IMG/VR virus record: IMGVR_UViG_3300032144_000026
Span: 1 to 41,659 of that record
DNA from: a virus
Strand: one strand, 5' to 3'
Length of the DNA stretch: 41,659 nucleotides
This document shows, one piece after another, positions 38,909 to 41,659 of this stretch. The notes below the pieces were generated by a model that was not told where the DNA came from, did not search any database, and saw only the letters and a list, made by a program, of their open reading frames with translations. Each line of letters opens with the position of its first letter. The stretch's first letter is position 1. The position numbers were made by a program, and so were the translations under genes.

Positions 38909-38959
38909 GGCTGTTAGGGAAGTGGCTGCCGGTGGTACACTGGTAGCCCATAATAAAAA

Positions 38960-38988
38960 GCCCCAAGTCTGGGGAGTGGACTTGGGGC
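38960..38988 (-). terminator. Terminator-like hairpin whose U-tract is on the antisense strand of the rightward operon
   Basis: gccccaagtc tggggagtg gacttggggc: a 10-bp stem preceded on the plus strand by ataaaaa, so TTTTTAT follows the stem only on the minus strand. Confidence 0.6.
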
Positions 38989-39078
38989 AAACCAGCTAGG
39001 AGGCTGGGCACGCTATGGTTATGTTCAGTGTGCCACGCCCCCCAGCTTTACGCAAGCACTATTTATAGGAATACACCT

Positions 39079-39297
39079 ATGAAACTGACGCACGCTAGCA
39101 AGCTCATTGGTAAAGTTGTCCGCTTTGACGATGGTGTTCAGCTCCTGTTAGTGTCAGGGGGCGTCGGCAACGGCACAACTTTCGTCTTCAAGCGCACTGA
39201 GATCGACGACCCGTGGATCCAAATCCCCCCAGAGGACGCGTTGCCCTACGTCATTGAACTCACCAAGACGCTGTTTGACGCCATGAGTGACGAATAA
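39079..39297 (+). CDS. Hypothetical protein (72 aa)
   Basis: ATG at 39079. The ORF-track GTG start at 39028 is less likely. The RBS (AGGA) is weak. Confidence 0.6.
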   Translation: MKLTHASKLIGKVVRFDDGVQLLLVSGGVGNGTTFVFKRTEIDDPWIQIPPEDALPYVIELTKTLFDAMSDE

Positions 39298-39299
39298 CC

Positions 39300-39494
39300 A
39301 TGAACAAGTCCAAAGTGTTCACCTGCGAAGCCACTATCACCATCCTGCCAAACGGTGAGAAGTACATCCACCTCACAGATCCTAGTAATGACTGTGAAAT
39401 GATGTGGAGCTACGACGGGGTCAAATGGGTGCAGGCCAAAGCCACAGATATCTGGAACTGGCAACGCTATATTGATAACAAAAAGGATAAATAA
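39300..39494 (+). CDS. Hypothetical protein (64 aa)
   Basis: ORF starting 2 nt after the upstream stop. Confidence 0.6.
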   Translation: MNKSKVFTCEATITILPNGEKYIHLTDPSNDCEMMWSYDGVKWVQAKATDIWNWQRYIDNKKDK

Positions 39495-39538
39495 CCTCTC
39501 TGCCCAGCGGAGGGGGTTGCCTCCGCACCGAGGACATA

Positions 39539-41551
39539 ATGGATGACTACCCGTTTGAAGTTAGCACGGTCAAAGGCTCCCCTGTAGACTGGTACAAAGA
39601 ACGTATGCGCATGAGCGGGATTACCGAAGAGGTGGCTCGCAAGTGTGGTCTGCGTCTCCGAGTGCCAGAAGAGGGGGTTATCCACATCGAAATCCCGTAC
39701 TACGACCGACATGGGGTCCAAACAACCCTCATCCGTCGGCGCAACATTGTGGCGGTACACGAACACGGCCCCTCGCAATCAGGCGGCGACTTCAAAGGCA
39801 AGTATTCGCAGCCGAAAGGATCCAAAAACCTTCTCTACTGGCCTCCCTTGGCTGATCAAAACCGTGAATACAAGGACACACTCTGCCCCCTTATCGTCTG
39901 CGAGGGGGAACTCAAAGCCATCTGCTGTAAGATGCGCATCCTAGCGCAAGGTGATGAGCACCGCGCCCTCGTTGTTGGCGTCCCAGGCACCAGCGGCCTG
40001 AAAGCAGTGATGCAAGACTTGCGCAACATCAATATGTACGGCCCCAACGATACCCGCCGTGACGTATTCCTTGCCATGGACTGGAATGCGACCGGCAAAA
40101 GCAAGGAAGACAGCGCCAAACTCGAGTTCCAACTCCGTAAGCTGTTCGAGGAAGAGGGCGCCAAGGTCGTCATACTGCGCTGGCCGATCCCAGAGGGCCA
40201 GGAAAAGGTAGAGCAGAAGCTCGACAACTGGCTCGTTGGCGGGGGCGACATCGGTGCTGCGCTCCGTGCCAGCTATGAAGCTCGTATGGAGATAGATTCA
40301 GTATACCAACAGTGCTGGGACTATCTAAATACTCGGTATGCGATCAAAGATGGCAAGTACATCCCCCTCTCCGACCCCTCCAAGCTCTACACACTCGGCG
40401 AGCTTAACACAATGGAGAACGATATCCGCATCGAGTATGCGAAGAACAAATATCGTCATGCCCACGAGGTCTGGTCCTGGCAACCGAAGGAAGACCGCAA
40501 CGAAGTTGATGGCTACATCTTCCTCCCCGCACCCTTGGGAGTCGACCCCGAGCGCTATGTACATGAAAATGGCCGTCGCCTACTCAACACCGCGCCCGAA
40601 GCTCACTGGCACAGTCCTCCATGGGGCAGCGACGAGCCCCCAGAGGTCGGCCCGTTTGTCGCCCACATACAACGTCTGTGCCAAGAGCATACGCCTTGGT
40701 TCCTAGACTTCCTCGCCCACTGCGCCCAGCGTCCTGCAGAGAGGGGCAACCACATTATCGTGTTCAAAGACCAAGGTGGGACAGGTAAGAGCCGCTTGTT
40801 CGAGATTCTGGACCTCGTATTCGGCGAGTATTCCGGCCCCATCGGCAGCGCGTTAACGTCCAACTTCAATTCGCAGATAGAAAAGCTCGTAATCGCATGG
40901 TGGAGCGACCCTGTAACCAAAGGCGGCGCCGATAGGGACCTCGAAAGTGCCCTCAAAAACTTCAGCGGCGACACCAAGCTCAGCATCAACCACAAATACG
41001 GCGCCGAGTACACGGTCACTGGGTATGGTCGTCTGATGATTGCGACCAACAAGTGGCTCGTCCCTGTGGACAGCAAGGAAAGGCGCTACACCGTCTTCGG
41101 CGGATTCAGCCCCCTGGATCACCACGAAGCCCGCGCACTCATGGATTGGGCCAATGCCGGGGGCGTAGAGCAGATCCGCTTGTTCTTAACAGAAAGAGAC
41201 ATATCTCAGTTCGATGTCTACGCGCCCGGCCCTCGGACCATCCAACGCGAGGAAATGGAGCGCGACTCCGCGCACCCCCTCCGCAAGATGCTGGAGTTCG
41301 AAGCCTTTGCGGATTGCGATATCTGGTCCACAGACCAAATCACAACCTTCTACAACGATAATCACAGTCGCCGCCTCAGCCCCGATGCTATTGGCGCGCT
41401 GCTGAAACAGGAAGGCTGCATTAAGAAGCCTGTCACTGTGGACGGCAAGACCGTTAGGTTGAATGCTATCAGGAATACAGAAAAGTGGGACAATGCGCCC
41501 CCCAAAGAATGGGCTGAGGAGTACAAACGTGGTCGGGATGCTAAGTTCTAA
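39539..41551 (+). CDS. Primase/helicase: TOPRIM-like N-terminal half plus a D5/P4-type SF3 NTPase
   Basis: LIVCEGELKA and VFLAMDWNATG are TOPRIM-like acidic motifs. Walker A is KDQGGTGKS and the Walker B-like motif is LVIAWWSD. The last 19 nt lie in the 127-nt overlap. Confidence 0.8.
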   Translation: MDDYPFEVSTVKGSPVDWYKERMRMSGITEEVARKCGLRLRVPEEGVIHIEIPYYDRHGVQTTLIRRRNIVAVHEHGPSQSGGDFKGKYSQPKGSKNLLYWPPLADQNREYKDTLCPLIVCEGELKAICCKMRILAQGDEHRALVVGVPGTSGLKAVMQDLRNINMYGPNDTRRDVFLAMDWNATGKSKEDSAKLEFQLRKLFEEEGAKVVILRWPIPEGQEKVEQKLDNWLVGGGDIGAALRASYEARMEIDSVYQQCWDYLNTRYAIKDGKYIPLSDPSKLYTLGELNTMENDIRIEYAKNKYRHAHEVWSWQPKEDRNEVDGYIFLPAPLGVDPERYVHENGRRLLNTAPEAHWHSPPWGSDEPPEVGPFVAHIQRLCQEHTPWFLDFLAHCAQRPAERGNHIIVFKDQGGTGKSRLFEILDLVFGEYSGPIGSALTSNFNSQIEKLVIAWWSDPVTKGGADRDLESALKNFSGDTKLSINHKYGAEYTVTGYGRLMIATNKWLVPVDSKERRYTVFGGFSPLDHHEARALMDWANAGGVEQIRLFLTERDISQFDVYAPGPRTIQREEMERDSAHPLRKMLEFEAFADCDIWSTDQITTFYNDNHSRRLSPDAIGALLKQEGCIKKPVTVDGKTVRLNAIRNTEKWDNAPPKEWAEEYKRGRDAKF

Positions 41552-41659
41552 GTCGTGCAAGTGTAATGGTGAAATGGGTGTGTGTAATGCTGGGAACCCC
41601 GTACTAGGCACTTCGCACGGGTGGAATTACACTATTACACTTAAACTTAAAAAATATTG
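41533..41659. repeat. Window-end overlap, copy 2 (identical to 1..127)
   Basis: Same 127-nt string as the window start. Confidence 0.97.

Noticed and set aside
1-41659. A prophage or temperate lifestyle, or host flanking DNA.
   Set aside because: No integrase, CI/Cro-like repressor pair, att-like junction or bacterial housekeeping genes are present. The window closes on itself, so it is a free phage genome.

Overview
The window is one complete dsDNA phage genome. The first 127 nt (1..127) are identical to the last 127 nt (41533..41659), so the unique length is 41,532 bp and the molecule is circularly closed or terminally redundant. There are four transcription blocks. (i) A rightward virion and packaging operon runs 2311..20873: small terminase-like, terL, portal, zinc ribbon, scaffold, major capsid, free-standing HNH, tube/adaptor-like proteins, a GNAT-like gene, four internal-virion-like proteins, and a tail fibre with an S74 chaperone domain. 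(ii) A long leftward block runs 35587..20886. It holds small early ORFs, a 2OG-Fe(II) oxygenase, vWA, PolA, a Cas4-like nuclease, VRR-NUC, an SNF2 helicase, a five-gene nucleotide-modification operon, two secreted proteins and small membrane ORFs. (iii) A rightward early block runs 35727..41551 and ends in a primase/SF3 helicase. (iv) A repeat-dense, mostly non-coding region of about 2.2 kb (41552, across the junction, to 2256) carries a leftward two-gene cassette. I recognise no phage RNA polymerase, integrase, repressor, tRNA, CRISPR array, reverse transcriptase or canonical endolysin. The best candidate for new biology is the self-contained operon at 22832..26735: GT-B glycosyltransferase, aGPT-Pplase-like protein, ThyA-like dUMP hydroxymethylase candidate, HD hydrolase and DUF1599/MazG-like protein. 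It resembles thymidine-hypermodification pathways but lacks the expected 5-hmdU DNA kinase and has a glycosyltransferase instead. All functional calls rest on motif reading and gene order, with no database search. Start codons were refined by eye from RBS and start/stop overlaps.
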